Assembly (NCBI GenBank): GCA_005878615.1
Contig: VBLT01000105.1
Span: forward strand, 3,414-67,413
Length of the DNA: 64,000 bases
DNA from: Methanobacteriota archaeon
GTDB taxonomy: Archaea > Thermoplasmatota > Thermoplasmata > RBG-16-68-12
Direction: 5' to 3'
Shown here: positions 1-9,380 of the stretch, piece after piece
Numbering within the stretch: the stretch's first letter is position 1
How the letters are laid out: every line of letters begins with the position of its first letter
Notes under the pieces: model-generated
What the model was told of the DNA's origin: nothing
What the model saw: the letters and a program-made list of their open reading frames with translations, nothing else
Database searches by the model: none
Made by a program: the position numbers and the translations under genes

Positions 1-169
1 GATCGAGGGGCACTGCGAAGTCTGCGGCGTGTACTCCACGAATTTGATGTGGGATCGGAACTTGCTCGCGTGCCCGGAGTGTCGCGGCGGCTGAACGTCC
101 CGCCCGATGGAGCCACGGGAATAACCAGCGCGGAAGTTTTATAGTCCGCCCCCAGGTTCGTGCGGCCCA

Positions 170-577
170 GTGCCGCGCTCCGTGAAGGTCTCCCAGCAGG
201 AGCTCGATTCTATCCGGAAACTGTACGAGAGCGTCATGTCGTACGCGTGCCACGGCCTCTTCTTCCGCGAGGGGATGGTCCTCGCGGAGGACGTGACCCG
301 GAACCTGCCGCTCGGGGAAGATCCCCTCGAGGCGGGGAAGCAGGTGATCCTCGAGCGCGGCTGGGCCGAGGACGTGCTTTTCACGGACTCCGGCGCCCGG
401 GTGCGCGGCTCGATCGAGGCCATGCCGGGCGGGGAGATGGAGACCTGTCATCGCCTCCGCGGGATCCTCTCGAAGCTGTTGGAGGCGAAGACGAAACATC
501 GGGTTCGGCTCGCGGAAGTCGAGTGCGTCAGCACGGGAGCCCGCGAGTGCGTGTTCGAGCGGGAGGCCGGCGCATGA
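170..577 (+). CDS. V4R domain protein (4-vinyl reductase-like small-molecule-binding domain)
   Basis: 135 aa. C-terminal E-C-V-S-T-G-A-R-E-C-V-F-E matches the V4R Cys-x3-G-x3-C-x-F signature. 4-nt ATGA overlap with the next gene. Confidence 0.55.
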   Translation: MPRSVKVSQQELDSIRKLYESVMSYACHGLFFREGMVLAEDVTRNLPLGEDPLEAGKQVILERGWAEDVLFTDSGARVRGSIEAMPGGEMETCHRLRGILSKLLEAKTKHRVRLAEVECVSTGARECVFEREAGA

Positions 578-933
578 GCACGGTCCTCCGAGAAATGGTC
601 CACGCCCTCCGCACGGTGACGAAGGCGGAAGCGGTCGCCCTGATCAACCGCGACGGGTCCCTCGTGGCGACCGCCCTCCCGGAAGGCATCTCGCAAGAGA
701 CCTTCTCGATCATGTGCGCCGCGATCCTGGGAGCCGGGATGACGGCGGCGACCGAACTCGGTCATGCCGCCCCGCATCGCATCTTGATGGAGTCGGAGGA
801 TGCGACCTTCTTGATTCAGGAAGTAGGACGGCGGGCGATGCTCGTCCTCGTCGTACCTCCGGAACGCCGGCTCTCCGAGTTCGAGACGGCCCTGGAGCGA
901 TTCTCCCAAGCGGCCTCCAAGGATTTGGGCTGA
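574..933 (+). CDS. Roadblock/LC7 (MglB-like) domain protein
   Basis: 119 aa; start ATG at 574 is in frame inside listed ORF 160..933. Small alpha/beta protein with Roadblock-like hydrophobic pattern (AVALINRDGSLVATAL...AMLVLVV). Translationally coupled to the V4R gene. Confidence 0.55.
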   Translation: MSTVLREMVHALRTVTKAEAVALINRDGSLVATALPEGISQETFSIMCAAILGAGMTAATELGHAAPHRILMESEDATFLIQEVGRRAMLVLVVPPERRLSEFETALERFSQAASKDLG

Positions 934-977
934 ACCCTCCGAGAAGCCTTAATCCCTCCCCGCCGGTTCGTGGCCGC

Positions 978-1050
978 GGGCCCGTGGTCTAGTGGTTAGG
1001 ATGCGACTCTTACAAAGTCGAGATCGTCGGTTCGATTCCGACCGGGCCCA
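978..1050 (+). tRNA. tRNA-Val (anticodon UAC)
   Basis: Cloverleaf folded by hand. Acceptor gggcccg/cgggccc; anticodon stem cgact/agtcg; loop cttacaa (anticodon TAC). T arm gtcgg-ttcgatt-ccgac; discriminator A; no encoded CCA. Confidence 0.85.
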
Positions 1051-1074
1051 TGTTTTCTGCGGGGACGCAAGGCG

Positions 1075-1416
1075 TCAGACATGCCGTCGAAGGACGACGC
1101 TGATCACGCGTCGATAGAACGGCAGGCCGACGACGCAGCCGATGGTCGAGAGGACGGATCCGAGGCCGAGGGCGAACGAAGGCGGAAGGTACCGGAGGAA
1201 GTAACCCGCGGATCCGGCGATGCCCAGGAGCCAGAGGCCGAGGATGGCGAACAAGGACGGCCTCAGGGCGAGCATACCAACTAGGAGGGCGGACAGGAAG
1301 GCGGCGAGATAGCCGAGCGCTTCCCCCGGCAAATGAAGGACGAGTCCTCCCCATGCGAGGAACGGGATCTCCATCGCTCCGATCAGGACCAATCCGAGCT
1401 TCCATTTCCAACGCAC
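1075..1416 (-). CDS. hypothetical membrane protein (3-4 predicted TM helices)
   Basis: 113 aa, strongly hydrophobic (LGLVLIGAMEIPFLAWGGLVL..., LLGIAGSAGYFL). No recognisable family. Confidence 0.4.
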   Translation of the reverse strand: MRWKWKLGLVLIGAMEIPFLAWGGLVLHLPGEALGYLAAFLSALLVGMLALRPSLFAILGLWLLGIAGSAGYFLRYLPPSFALGLGSVLSTIGCVVGLPFYRRVISVVLRRHV

Positions 1417-1425
1417 GACACCGCC

Positions 1426-2196
1426 TCACTGCCGGTAGTCTTCTGGTCGAAAGCCCAGGTCGACCTGGATGTCCCGCAAGCGGCCCAGGTTCGTGCCGTC
1501 GAGCAGATGGATCGCGGCGTCGTCGACCCGGACGATGTCCTTTTCGAACAAGGGCCCGAGGAACCGCGCGCGAATGTCGTTGACGGGCATCCCTCCGCAG
1601 AGCTCGTTGAAGGCCGGCACGACGATCGCCTCTTTCGGCAGCTTCGGATATCGCTTGTGCTTCCGCAGGAAAGGGACGCGCATCCAACACGGCACGATTT
1701 GACGATGCCCCATCGCGTCCCGGAACGCGGCCGCGGGATGGTTGTGGCCCATCACGAGCACCTTCGATTCCATGACCTTCTTGTACGGCCACGCATGTCC
1801 GTGACAGAATCCGGCGTCATCGAGTCGGAACCCGTACGCGGGCTTGAACCGAACGTTACGCGGCACGATGTGCTTCAACTGGCCGTCGTGGTTCCCTTGG
1901 GCGATGTAGATTTCCTTGAAGACGGCCCCGAGGTCTCGGAAGAACACGTACACATCGCGTCGTTCGCGCGACGCCATCTTCGGGACGAGGTGCTTGACAT
2001 CGCCGAGGACGATGAGTCGGCTCGCACCGCGTCGGTCGGCGATCTCCGCGAGCTTTCGCCCCATGCCCTCCGCGCGGCTCGGGATGCGGATGCCTTTCTC
2101 CTGCAATTCCTCTTCGAGGCCGATGTGGAGGTCGGCCACGACGAGGGCGTCGTCCGCCATGAGCACCGGTTCATCGGGCACCGGTTCGAGTTCCAC
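1426..2196 (-). CDS. metallophosphoesterase (calcineurin-like phosphoesterase)
   Basis: 256 aa with metallophosphatase motifs: D-L-H-I-G, G-D-V-K-H, G-N-H-D, G-H-N-H, GHxH-like C-terminal signature. Confidence 0.7.
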   Translation of the reverse strand: MELEPVPDEPVLMADDALVVADLHIGLEEELQEKGIRIPSRAEGMGRKLAEIADRRGASRLIVLGDVKHLVPKMASRERRDVYVFFRDLGAVFKEIYIAQGNHDGQLKHIVPRNVRFKPAYGFRLDDAGFCHGHAWPYKKVMESKVLVMGHNHPAAAFRDAMGHRQIVPCWMRVPFLRKHKRYPKLPKEAIVVPAFNELCGGMPVNDIRARFLGPLFEKDIVRVDDAAIHLLDGTNLGRLRDIQVDLGFRPEDYRQ

Positions 2197-2265
2197 GGTG
2201 GCTCGAACGACCGAAGTTCGCTTAATAATTGTGCGACTTCGGCGGACTGCATCGCGCGCGAGCGA

Positions 2266-3702
2266 TCAGAGGAACTTCGCGAGGACCCGTCCGAGGTTGT
2301 TCGCCACGTCGACGGATGTGAGGCCGTAGCTCTTCTCCTCGAAGGCGAGGTCTCCCGCCGCCCCGTTCATGAACGCGGCGAGCCGCGCCGCGTCGTACGG
2401 CGTCATGCCCTTCGCGATCAGTCCCGCAGTCAGTCCGCACAAGACGTCTCCCGTCCCGCCCGTCGTCATCCCGGGATTCCCGGTGTAATTGAATTTCAGC
2501 CGGACTCCATCGGACACGATGTCGACCGCGCCTTTCAGGAGCACGGTCGCCCCGAGGCTCTTCGCGGCCTCCCGAACGATCGGCGCCCGCTCGTCGGGTC
2601 CCTCCGGCAGGGCCCTGCCGGTCAGGGTTTGGAACTCGCGGGAGTGCGGGGTCAGGACCACCTTCTTTCCGGCGAGGCATTTCGGATCGCCGGCGACGGC
2701 CCGAATCGCGTCCGCGTCGAGGACCATCGGGAGGTGGAGGCCTCGCACGACCTCGCGGATGGCGTCCAAGGTCCCTTCGACGTCGCCGAGGCCTGGACCG
2801 ATCGCGACCGCATCGGCCCGCGGGGCGAGTTCGAGGATCTGCCGCAGGTCTTCGCGGAGGAGGCGGTGGCCGACCAGGGGATGCACGATGAACGTCGGCG
2901 AGTATCCGGCGACGACGGTCGCCGCCAAGGCCGGCGTCGCGATGTGGGCCAAATCGATGCCGACTCCGAACGCGCCGAAAGCGACCAAGGCCGGGGCCCC
3001 CGTGTACGGCCCCCCGGCGATGACGAGGAGCCGGCCGTTTTCCCCCTTGTGGCTCGTCGCCTTCGGGATCGGGTAGAGGAGGAACTCGCCGGGACCGATC
3101 ATCGTGACGACTTTTGGCGGGATGCCGATGTCCACGATCCGGATTCGACCGGAGTTTTCCGGCGTCATTCCTTCCTTGGCGTCGTGGAGCGCGACGCTCA
3201 CCGTGGGCCGCACCATCAGATCGGTCCCGAATCCGCTCGGGACGTCCACGCTGATCACGGGCTTGCCCGATGCGTTCACCTGTCGCACGAGGGAGGCGAA
3301 CGGCTCGCGGAGGCTCCCCCCCGCTCCGATTCCCAGGAGCGCGTCGATGATGAGATCCGCCTCGGCGATCGCCTCTTCGCTCCGGTCGAGGCCCGCGAGG
3401 ATTTGGGCGTCCCGGAGGCGTTCGAAGTTCGTCTGGGCCTCCTTCGTGTCGAACTGGTCGGGCGACCGAGCGAGCAGGACCGTGATGCGCGCGTCCTTCG
3501 CGAGGTGGCGGGCCGCGACGAGCCCGTCGCCGCCGTTGTTGCCCGTCCCGCAGAGGACGAGCACCGCCTTGCGCGCGGCCCCGAACTCGGTCCGGGCGAC
3601 TTCCGCGACGGCCTTTCCCGCGTTCTCCATGAGATCCAAGGTGGGGACGCCGAAGGACTGGGCGTTCCGATCGAGGACGCGCATCTCGAGCGGAGAAATC
3701 AT
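2266..3702 (-). CDS. nnr: bifunctional NAD(P)H-hydrate repair enzyme Nnr (YjeF-N epimerase + YjeF-C ADP-dependent dehydratase)
   Basis: 478 aa. N-terminal MISPLEMRVLDRNA...LCGTGNNGGDG (YjeF-N). C-terminal carbohydrate-kinase-like GKKVVLTPH...GGTGDVLCGLTAGLIAKG (YjeF-C). Confidence 0.85.
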   Translation of the reverse strand: MISPLEMRVLDRNAQSFGVPTLDLMENAGKAVAEVARTEFGAARKAVLVLCGTGNNGGDGLVAARHLAKDARITVLLARSPDQFDTKEAQTNFERLRDAQILAGLDRSEEAIAEADLIIDALLGIGAGGSLREPFASLVRQVNASGKPVISVDVPSGFGTDLMVRPTVSVALHDAKEGMTPENSGRIRIVDIGIPPKVVTMIGPGEFLLYPIPKATSHKGENGRLLVIAGGPYTGAPALVAFGAFGVGIDLAHIATPALAATVVAGYSPTFIVHPLVGHRLLREDLRQILELAPRADAVAIGPGLGDVEGTLDAIREVVRGLHLPMVLDADAIRAVAGDPKCLAGKKVVLTPHSREFQTLTGRALPEGPDERAPIVREAAKSLGATVLLKGAVDIVSDGVRLKFNYTGNPGMTTGGTGDVLCGLTAGLIAKGMTPYDAARLAAFMNGAAGDLAFEEKSYGLTSVDVANNLGRVLAKFL

Positions 3703-3760
3703 CCGCCGCGGATTCGGCCGTCGCTAGTTAAACGTTGGCCGCGAGGTTAAGAACGGAGGC

Positions 3761-4846
3761 TTGTTTCCCCCGGCAATGGACCTCGGGCCCCTCCGCCCGT
3801 ACACCTGGGCGGTCCTCCTCGGCCTCTTCGTCCCTCTCAGCTGGATCCTCGAGGTAATGTTCGGGCCGGCCGCGATCGTGTTCGCGGCCGCTGGGATCGC
3901 GATCGTCCCGCTCGCCTGGTTCCTGGGACTTGCGACGGAAGAACTCGGCAAACACGCGGGCCCCGGCGTCGGCGGCCTCCTCAACGCGACCTTCGGCAAC
4001 GCGACCGAACTGATCATCGCGATCTTCGCCCTGTCGAGCGGCCTCACGGAGGTCGTCAAAGCCTCCCTCACGGGCTCGATCATCGGGAACGTCCTCCTCG
4101 TCCTCGGCGTGAGCATGCTCGCGGGAGGGTTGCGCCACAAATCGCAGACCTTCTCGCGGGAGGCGTCCGGGATCCAGGTCACGATGTTCGTCGTGGCCGT
4201 GATCGCCCTCGTGATGCCGGCCCTGTACGCGCTGTCGACCGGGGCCTCGCAGGACGTCGCCTTGCAGGAAATGAGCCTCGGCATCGCGGGGATCCTCCTC
4301 GTGGCCTACGGCTTGGGACTCCTGTTCTCCCTTCGCACGCATCGCGACATCTTCAATCCGGTGACGGAGGTCGTCGAGGAGCCGCGGTGGACGAAGCGCT
4401 TCGCCCTCGGCGTCTTGGTCGTGTCGACGACCCTCGTCGCGGTCGAAAGCGAACTGCTCGTTGGCTCGCTGGCGTCCGCGAGGACGGCCCTCGGTCTCAA
4501 GGACCTCTTCATCGGGGTGATCATCGTGGCCATCGTTGGCAATGCCGCGGAGCATGGCAGCGCGGTCCTCATGGCCTGGCGGAACAAGATGGATCTCAGC
4601 GTGGCGATCGCGACGACGTCTACGACGCAGGTGGCCCTCTTCGTCGCGCCCGTCCTCGTATTCGCATCCCTCCTGACGGGCCGCCTCATGACCCTCAACT
4701 TCGAAATCTTCGAGCTCGCGGCCCTCGCCCTCTCCGCCGCGGTCTTCGCCGCCGTCGTGTCCGACGGCCGAAGCAACTGGTACGAAGGGGCCCTCCTGAT
4801 CCTCGTGTACGCGGTGATGGCGGTGGCGTTCTTCTTCCACCCGTGA
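3761..4846 (+). CDS. Ca2+/H+ antiporter (CaCA/ChaA family)
   Basis: 361 aa polytopic. Two alpha-repeat signatures: GNATELIIAIFAL and GNAAEHGSAVLMAW. Confidence 0.85.
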   Translation: MFPPAMDLGPLRPYTWAVLLGLFVPLSWILEVMFGPAAIVFAAAGIAIVPLAWFLGLATEELGKHAGPGVGGLLNATFGNATELIIAIFALSSGLTEVVKASLTGSIIGNVLLVLGVSMLAGGLRHKSQTFSREASGIQVTMFVVAVIALVMPALYALSTGASQDVALQEMSLGIAGILLVAYGLGLLFSLRTHRDIFNPVTEVVEEPRWTKRFALGVLVVSTTLVAVESELLVGSLASARTALGLKDLFIGVIIVAIVGNAAEHGSAVLMAWRNKMDLSVAIATTSTTQVALFVAPVLVFASLLTGRLMTLNFEIFELAALALSAAVFAAVVSDGRSNWYEGALLILVYAVMAVAFFFHP

Positions 4847-4850
4847 TCCC

Positions 4851-6041
4851 ATGGCCTCCCGCAAGACCCTAGCCTACGGACTCACCGCGAACGTCGTCAT
4901 CCTCGGGGTCATCTCCCTCTTCACCGACGTCAGCAGCGAGATGATCCTGCCGATCCTTCCGTTCTTCCTGACGCAGGTCCTCCTGGCGAGCCCGCTCGTC
5001 GTCGGACTCGTGGAAGGCACGGCCGATAGCGTCGTCTCGTTCATGAAAATCTTCTCCGGCTGGTTTTCCGACGCCGCGGGAAAACGCAAGCGCTTCGTCG
5101 GCGTGGGATACGGACTCTCGACAGCGATGAAAGTCCTGTTCCCGTTCGCCCAGACCTGGCCTCAGTTCTTCGCGATGCGAATCGTCGAGCGCACCGGGAA
5201 GGGGATACGCGACGCCCCGCGGGACGCCCTCCTCACCGAATCGACGCCGCCGGAGACGCGCGGGAAAGCCTTCGGCTTCCACCGGAGCATGGACACCGCC
5301 GGTGCGATCGCGGGCCCGATCGTCACCCTGGTCCTGCTGAGTACGGTGGCGGCCGCTTTGACGCTCAACGACGCTTACCGGCTCATCCTCGGACTCGCGG
5401 CGATCCCCGCCGTGGTCTCCGTCCTCGTCATCCTGTTCGTCCGCGAGCCCGAACGGAAGCCCCAGAGACGGCAATCCCTTCGGATGACGTTCCGCGGGAT
5501 CCCGAGGCCCCTCCTCGTCTTCATCGGGATCGCGGCGGTCTTCTCCTTCGCCGATTTCTCCTACGTCTTCATCCTGCTGCGCGCCGGCCTCGTGTACGGG
5601 ACGACGATCGCGATCCTCCTCTACGTCCTGTACAACATCGTCTACGCAGCCCACGCGTTTCCTGCGGGGATCCTCTCCGATCGCTACGGCCGAAAGCCGG
5701 TGGTCCTCCTGGGATACATCGCGTTCGTCGCCATGGCGGCCCTCCTCGCCCTCTCCGCCGACCTCCGAGTCCTCGTCCTCGGATTCATCTTGTACGGGTT
5801 GAGCTACGGCATGGCGGAGGGCACCCAACGCGCCCTCGTGGCGGACTTCGCTCCGACGGAGACGAAGGCCACCGTCCTGGGCGCCTACCATACGAGCGTG
5901 GGCGTGGTAAAACTCGGCTCGGGTCTGGTCGCGGGATTGCTGTTCACGATTCAGCCTCAGGCGACGTTCCTGTTCGGGGCCGTGGTCGCGGCCGGTGCCA
6001 CGGTCGCGCTCTTCCTCTGGCGGCCTCCCGCTAGGTCCTGA
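4851..6041 (+). CDS. MFS transporter
   Basis: 396 aa, ~12 TM. MFS loop motifs (GWFSDAAGKRKR; DRYGRKP). Confidence 0.75.
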   Translation: MASRKTLAYGLTANVVILGVISLFTDVSSEMILPILPFFLTQVLLASPLVVGLVEGTADSVVSFMKIFSGWFSDAAGKRKRFVGVGYGLSTAMKVLFPFAQTWPQFFAMRIVERTGKGIRDAPRDALLTESTPPETRGKAFGFHRSMDTAGAIAGPIVTLVLLSTVAAALTLNDAYRLILGLAAIPAVVSVLVILFVREPERKPQRRQSLRMTFRGIPRPLLVFIGIAAVFSFADFSYVFILLRAGLVYGTTIAILLYVLYNIVYAAHAFPAGILSDRYGRKPVVLLGYIAFVAMAALLALSADLRVLVLGFILYGLSYGMAEGTQRALVADFAPTETKATVLGAYHTSVGVVKLGSGLVAGLLFTIQPQATFLFGAVVAAGATVALFLWRPPARS

Positions 6042-6339
6042 GTTTCCGGCCGAGACGGCGCTCCACGTCCTTGACCTTCGCGTCGAGCTGTCCGGAGACG
6101 CCTTTTCGATCGTCGATTTTCAGGATCGTCGACACGCGTTCGCAATCCTCCGCGACCGCCTTGTGGCATCGGGCGACGAGTTTCAAGACGTCGTCCAATT
6201 CGCCCTCGACGACCGTGCCCATCGCATTGAGTCGGTACGGCAAGCCGCTGCGGTCGACGATGTCGAGGCATCGTGCGACGTAGGCGCCGACGCTGGCACC
6301 TTTCCCCACGGGTGTCACGCTGAATTCGGCGACGGTCAT
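6031..6339 (-). CDS. MTH1187/YkoF family protein (DUF77, thiamine-binding-like)
   Basis: 102 aa. MTVAEFSVTPVGKGASVGAYVA... is the typical N-terminus of this ferredoxin-like-fold family. Confidence 0.65.
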   Translation of the reverse strand: MTVAEFSVTPVGKGASVGAYVARCLDIVDRSGLPYRLNAMGTVVEGELDDVLKLVARCHKAVAEDCERVSTILKIDDRKGVSGQLDAKVKDVERRLGRKLRT

Positions 6340-6386
6340 GTGGAATTCCCGTCAGACTGATATGCCGTCGGCCATTTGCAAGTTGC

Positions 6387-7118
6387 GTGGCGATCGACTA
6401 TTCGCGACGCGCCCCTGACTACGACGCAGTCCGAGCGGACGACCTCACCGATCGGGCCTTCTGGCTTCAGGGCCTGATCGAGGTCGGCGAGATCCAACCG
6501 CGAGAACGGGTGCTCGACCTGGGAGCGGGAACCGGGCGGTTCTCGGCCCTCCTGCAGACGACCAACCCGGTCGTGGCCCTCGATCGATCCGCCGAGATGC
6601 TCGCGGTCGCACGCGGGAAGGCTTCGTTCCCGTGCATCCGCGGCGATGGGCACGCGCTCCCCATCCGCCGAGGCGCCGTGGACGTCACGTTGCTCGTGAT
6701 GGTCCTGCAACACTTGGCGAACCCGGGCGCGGTGCTTAGCGAAGTCGCCCGCGTGTCTCGTCGGGTCGTCATCGCGACCGTGGACCTCGAAAGGCGGCCG
6801 AAGACGATCCTCGAGGAAGCCTTTCCGAGTCTCCTGGAAGTCGATCGCGCCCGCTTCCCGCGAATCGATGCGATCGTCGCCGACCTGACCTCGGCAGGAT
6901 TCGGCCGGATCCGAGTCGAGGAGAGGCCGTACCGGCGGACGTTCACGGTGGAACAACAACTGGATCGGGTACGCCGCAAGTACCTCTCGACGTTCGACCT
7001 GCTTCCGCCGGGGGAATTCGAGGAAGGCATGCGGTTCCTCGAGCGGGAAATGGCGAAGCGCTTCGGGGATCGGTTCGAGCTTGCGTCGAACATCACGTTC
7101 GTAGCCGGGACAAGGTGA
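6387..7118 (+). CDS. class I SAM-dependent methyltransferase
   Basis: 243 aa. Motif I VLDLGAGTGRFS; post-I acidic residue; motif II IRGDGHALP. Confidence 0.7.
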   Translation: MAIDYSRRAPDYDAVRADDLTDRAFWLQGLIEVGEIQPRERVLDLGAGTGRFSALLQTTNPVVALDRSAEMLAVARGKASFPCIRGDGHALPIRRGAVDVTLLVMVLQHLANPGAVLSEVARVSRRVVIATVDLERRPKTILEEAFPSLLEVDRARFPRIDAIVADLTSAGFGRIRVEERPYRRTFTVEQQLDRVRRKYLSTFDLLPPGEFEEGMRFLEREMAKRFGDRFELASNITFVAGTR

Positions 7119-7614
7119 AGGTCGCCATGGCTTCACACCGCGGGCAGAAAGCCCGGCCCTTGCGGTCCGTGTCCTCCAACTTCTCCGAGAAGTGCATCAC
7201 GCAGTCGGGGTTCGCATCGTCATGGTACAGGCCGAACGTGTGGCCGAGTTCATGGATTGCGGTCTTGGCGGATCGCTCCATCAGCTTGTCCGGTCCGTCG
7301 TCCCCGAATCGAGCGATCGAGATCACCGCGAACCGATCCCGGATCGTCGCGTGACCGAACACGAAATTGAGTCCCCCGTCGTACAGGTCGACATCGGTCA
7401 CGGCGAGGACACGGTCCCCCGGCTCTCTGGCCAGGGCTTTCTCGAACTCGGAGGCGAGGTACTGGACGTGGCCGTCCCGCTCCCGAGACGTGAAGGTGCG
7501 GGGGACGGCCGCCGCGGTGGAGAGGCCCACCTCGGCGATTTCGTCGAGCTCGTCGCGGAGGTACTCGAGGATTCGGGGATTGACGTTCCCGTAGGGCTTG
7601 ATTGTGAGGATCAA
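7093..7614 (-). CDS. amzA: archaemetzincin (zinc metallopeptidase AmzA)
   Basis: HELGHTFGLYHD...CVMH...CPRC zinc-binding signature. Only the last ~173 aa of listed ORF 7093..8199 is credible. Proposed TTG start at 7614 overlaps the RtcB stop; start uncertain. Confidence 0.7.
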   Translation of the reverse strand: MILTIKPYGNVNPRILEYLRDELDEIAEVGLSTAAAVPRTFTSRERDGHVQYLASEFEKALAREPGDRVLAVTDVDLYDGGLNFVFGHATIRDRFAVISIARFGDDGPDKLMERSAKTAIHELGHTFGLYHDDANPDCVMHFSEKLEDTDRKGRAFCPRCEAMATFTLSRLRT

Positions 7615-9092
7615 CCTTTCACGACCCCGAGGGGGACCATCCGGGCGACGATCTTCGTCAGGCCCGCTCCTTCGGCGACCCGGACGACGTCTTCCACGTT
7701 CTTGTAGGCACCGGGGGCCTCTTCGACGATCCCCGCGCGGGATGCCGCGTGCACGTAGATCCCGCGCCGCTCGAGGGACTGGAGGACCTCGTTGGCAGAA
7801 TAGGTGCGCGTCGCGGCCTTCCGCGACATCTGGCGGCCGGCCCCGTGGCAGCTCGAGCCGAAGGATAGGTCCATCGCGGCCGGCTGGCCGACGAGGACGA
7901 AGGAACAGGTGCCCATGTCGCCGGGGATGAGGACGGGTTGCCCCACGTCCCTGTAGGTCGCCGGCGTCTCCGGGTGACCGGCCGGGAAGGCTCGGGTCGC
8001 GCCCTTGCGGTGCACGAGGACCTTGCGCCGACCGCCCGCCGCGACGTGTTCCTCGACCTTGCCGATGTTGTGACACACGTCGTAGACGATCCCCATGCCA
8101 AGGGCGTCCGCGGGGCGACCGAGGACGTCCGCGAAGGCGTTCCGCACCCCGAAGGTGATCAGCTGCCGGTTGTTCCACGCGAAGTTCGCGCCGCAGCACA
8201 TGGCCTTCCAGTAGTCCTGTCCTTCCTTCGAGCCGATCGGAGCACAGGCCAACTGAAGGTCGGGCAATTCGATCTTCTCTCGCTTCACGACCCGTTCGCA
8301 GACGTCGATGTAGTCCGTCGCGATCTGATGTCCGAACCCCCGGGAACCGGTGTGCACCATGATCGCCACGCTCCCGACCGATTCGAGCCCGAGCGCTTTG
8401 GCGGCGCGTTCATCGTACACCCGGTCGACCTTCTGGATTTCCAGGAAATGGTTGCCCGCCCCGAGGCTGCCCACCTGGTCCTTGCCTCGCGTGGTGGCGC
8501 GGTCGCTCACGTGGGAGAAATCGGCGTCGGGCAGGCGACCTTTCGCCTCGATGTGGTCGGGATCCTCCGGCCACGCATACCCTTTGCCGACCGACCACTC
8601 GATTCCGTCGGTCGCCATCTTCGACAAGTCCTGCCGCGAGATCTTCACCAGACCTCCCTCCCCCACGCCGCTCGGGACGTTCTTGAAGCAGGCGTCCGTC
8701 AAGGCCCGGAGGTGCGGCCGCACCTCGGATTCCGTCAGGTTCGTCCGGATGAGCCGTACGCCGCAGTTGATGTCGTATCCGATCCCTCCCGGGGAAATCA
8801 CCCCGTCCTCGTAGTCGAAGGCGGCGACCCCGCCGATCGGAAACCCGTATCCCCAATGGATGTCCGGCATCGCCATCGATTGGCCGACGATCCCCGGCAT
8901 CGTCGCCACGTTGGCGACCTGTTCCGGAGCCCGGTCCTGGCGGAGCAGCGGGAGCAGCGGCTCATCGATGAAGATGAGGCCGTCCGTCCGCATTTCACGT
9001 TTGTAGGTCCGCGGGATCTGGTATCGAAAGCGGTCCACCTTTTCCAAGGGACCGTTCCAGCCTTCGACCATTGGCACCGGGAGGAGGAACAA
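7611..9092 (-). CDS. rtcB: RNA-splicing ligase RtcB (tRNA ligase)
   Basis: 493 aa with full-length RtcB hallmarks: N-terminal MFLLPVPMVEGWNGPLEKV, metal-binding His/Cys, NHAG and HRKGA segments. Confidence 0.9.
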   Translation of the reverse strand: MFLLPVPMVEGWNGPLEKVDRFRYQIPRTYKREMRTDGLIFIDEPLLPLLRQDRAPEQVANVATMPGIVGQSMAMPDIHWGYGFPIGGVAAFDYEDGVISPGGIGYDINCGVRLIRTNLTESEVRPHLRALTDACFKNVPSGVGEGGLVKISRQDLSKMATDGIEWSVGKGYAWPEDPDHIEAKGRLPDADFSHVSDRATTRGKDQVGSLGAGNHFLEIQKVDRVYDERAAKALGLESVGSVAIMVHTGSRGFGHQIATDYIDVCERVVKREKIELPDLQLACAPIGSKEGQDYWKAMCCGANFAWNNRQLITFGVRNAFADVLGRPADALGMGIVYDVCHNIGKVEEHVAAGGRRKVLVHRKGATRAFPAGHPETPATYRDVGQPVLIPGDMGTCSFVLVGQPAAMDLSFGSSCHGAGRQMSRKAATRTYSANEVLQSLERRGIYVHAASRAGIVEEAPGAYKNVEDVVRVAEGAGLTKIVARMVPLGVVKG

Positions 9093-9380
9093 ACGAAAGA
9101 GTGCACATAAACGTTCTTGCGGCTTTTGGGAGGCAGTCGCAAACTATATGGTCGGCCATGTCATCGTCTGCCACGGGTTGGGACGAGCTCCGGAACCGCT
9201 GCTCTCGCGCCGCCTTCGGGTGGGCATATGCGGCCGGGATTCGCGGGCCGAGGAAGCCCTGACGAGGGGGAGGAATCGGGTACGCCGCGGCCTTGCGAGC
9301 GACCTGAGCTCGTCGCTCCCTTTTCCCTGAAAACGTAAATGGGTCGCTCCTGGTGGCACACCGGTCGTGCGACGAACGCC

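Noticed and set aside
1333-3750. 805-aa ORF on the + strand
   Set aside because: It is antisense to two well-supported genes (the phosphoesterase and Nnr). Its composition is dominated by Arg/Asp/Glu/His/Pro runs typical of off-frame translation of high-GC DNA, and it has no motifs.
7093-8199. 368-aa ORF encompassing archaemetzincin
   Set aside because: The N-terminal ~195 aa overlap RtcB on the same strand in another frame and are Arg/Pro/Gly-rich. Only the C-terminal ~173 aa (HELGH zinc peptidase) are real.
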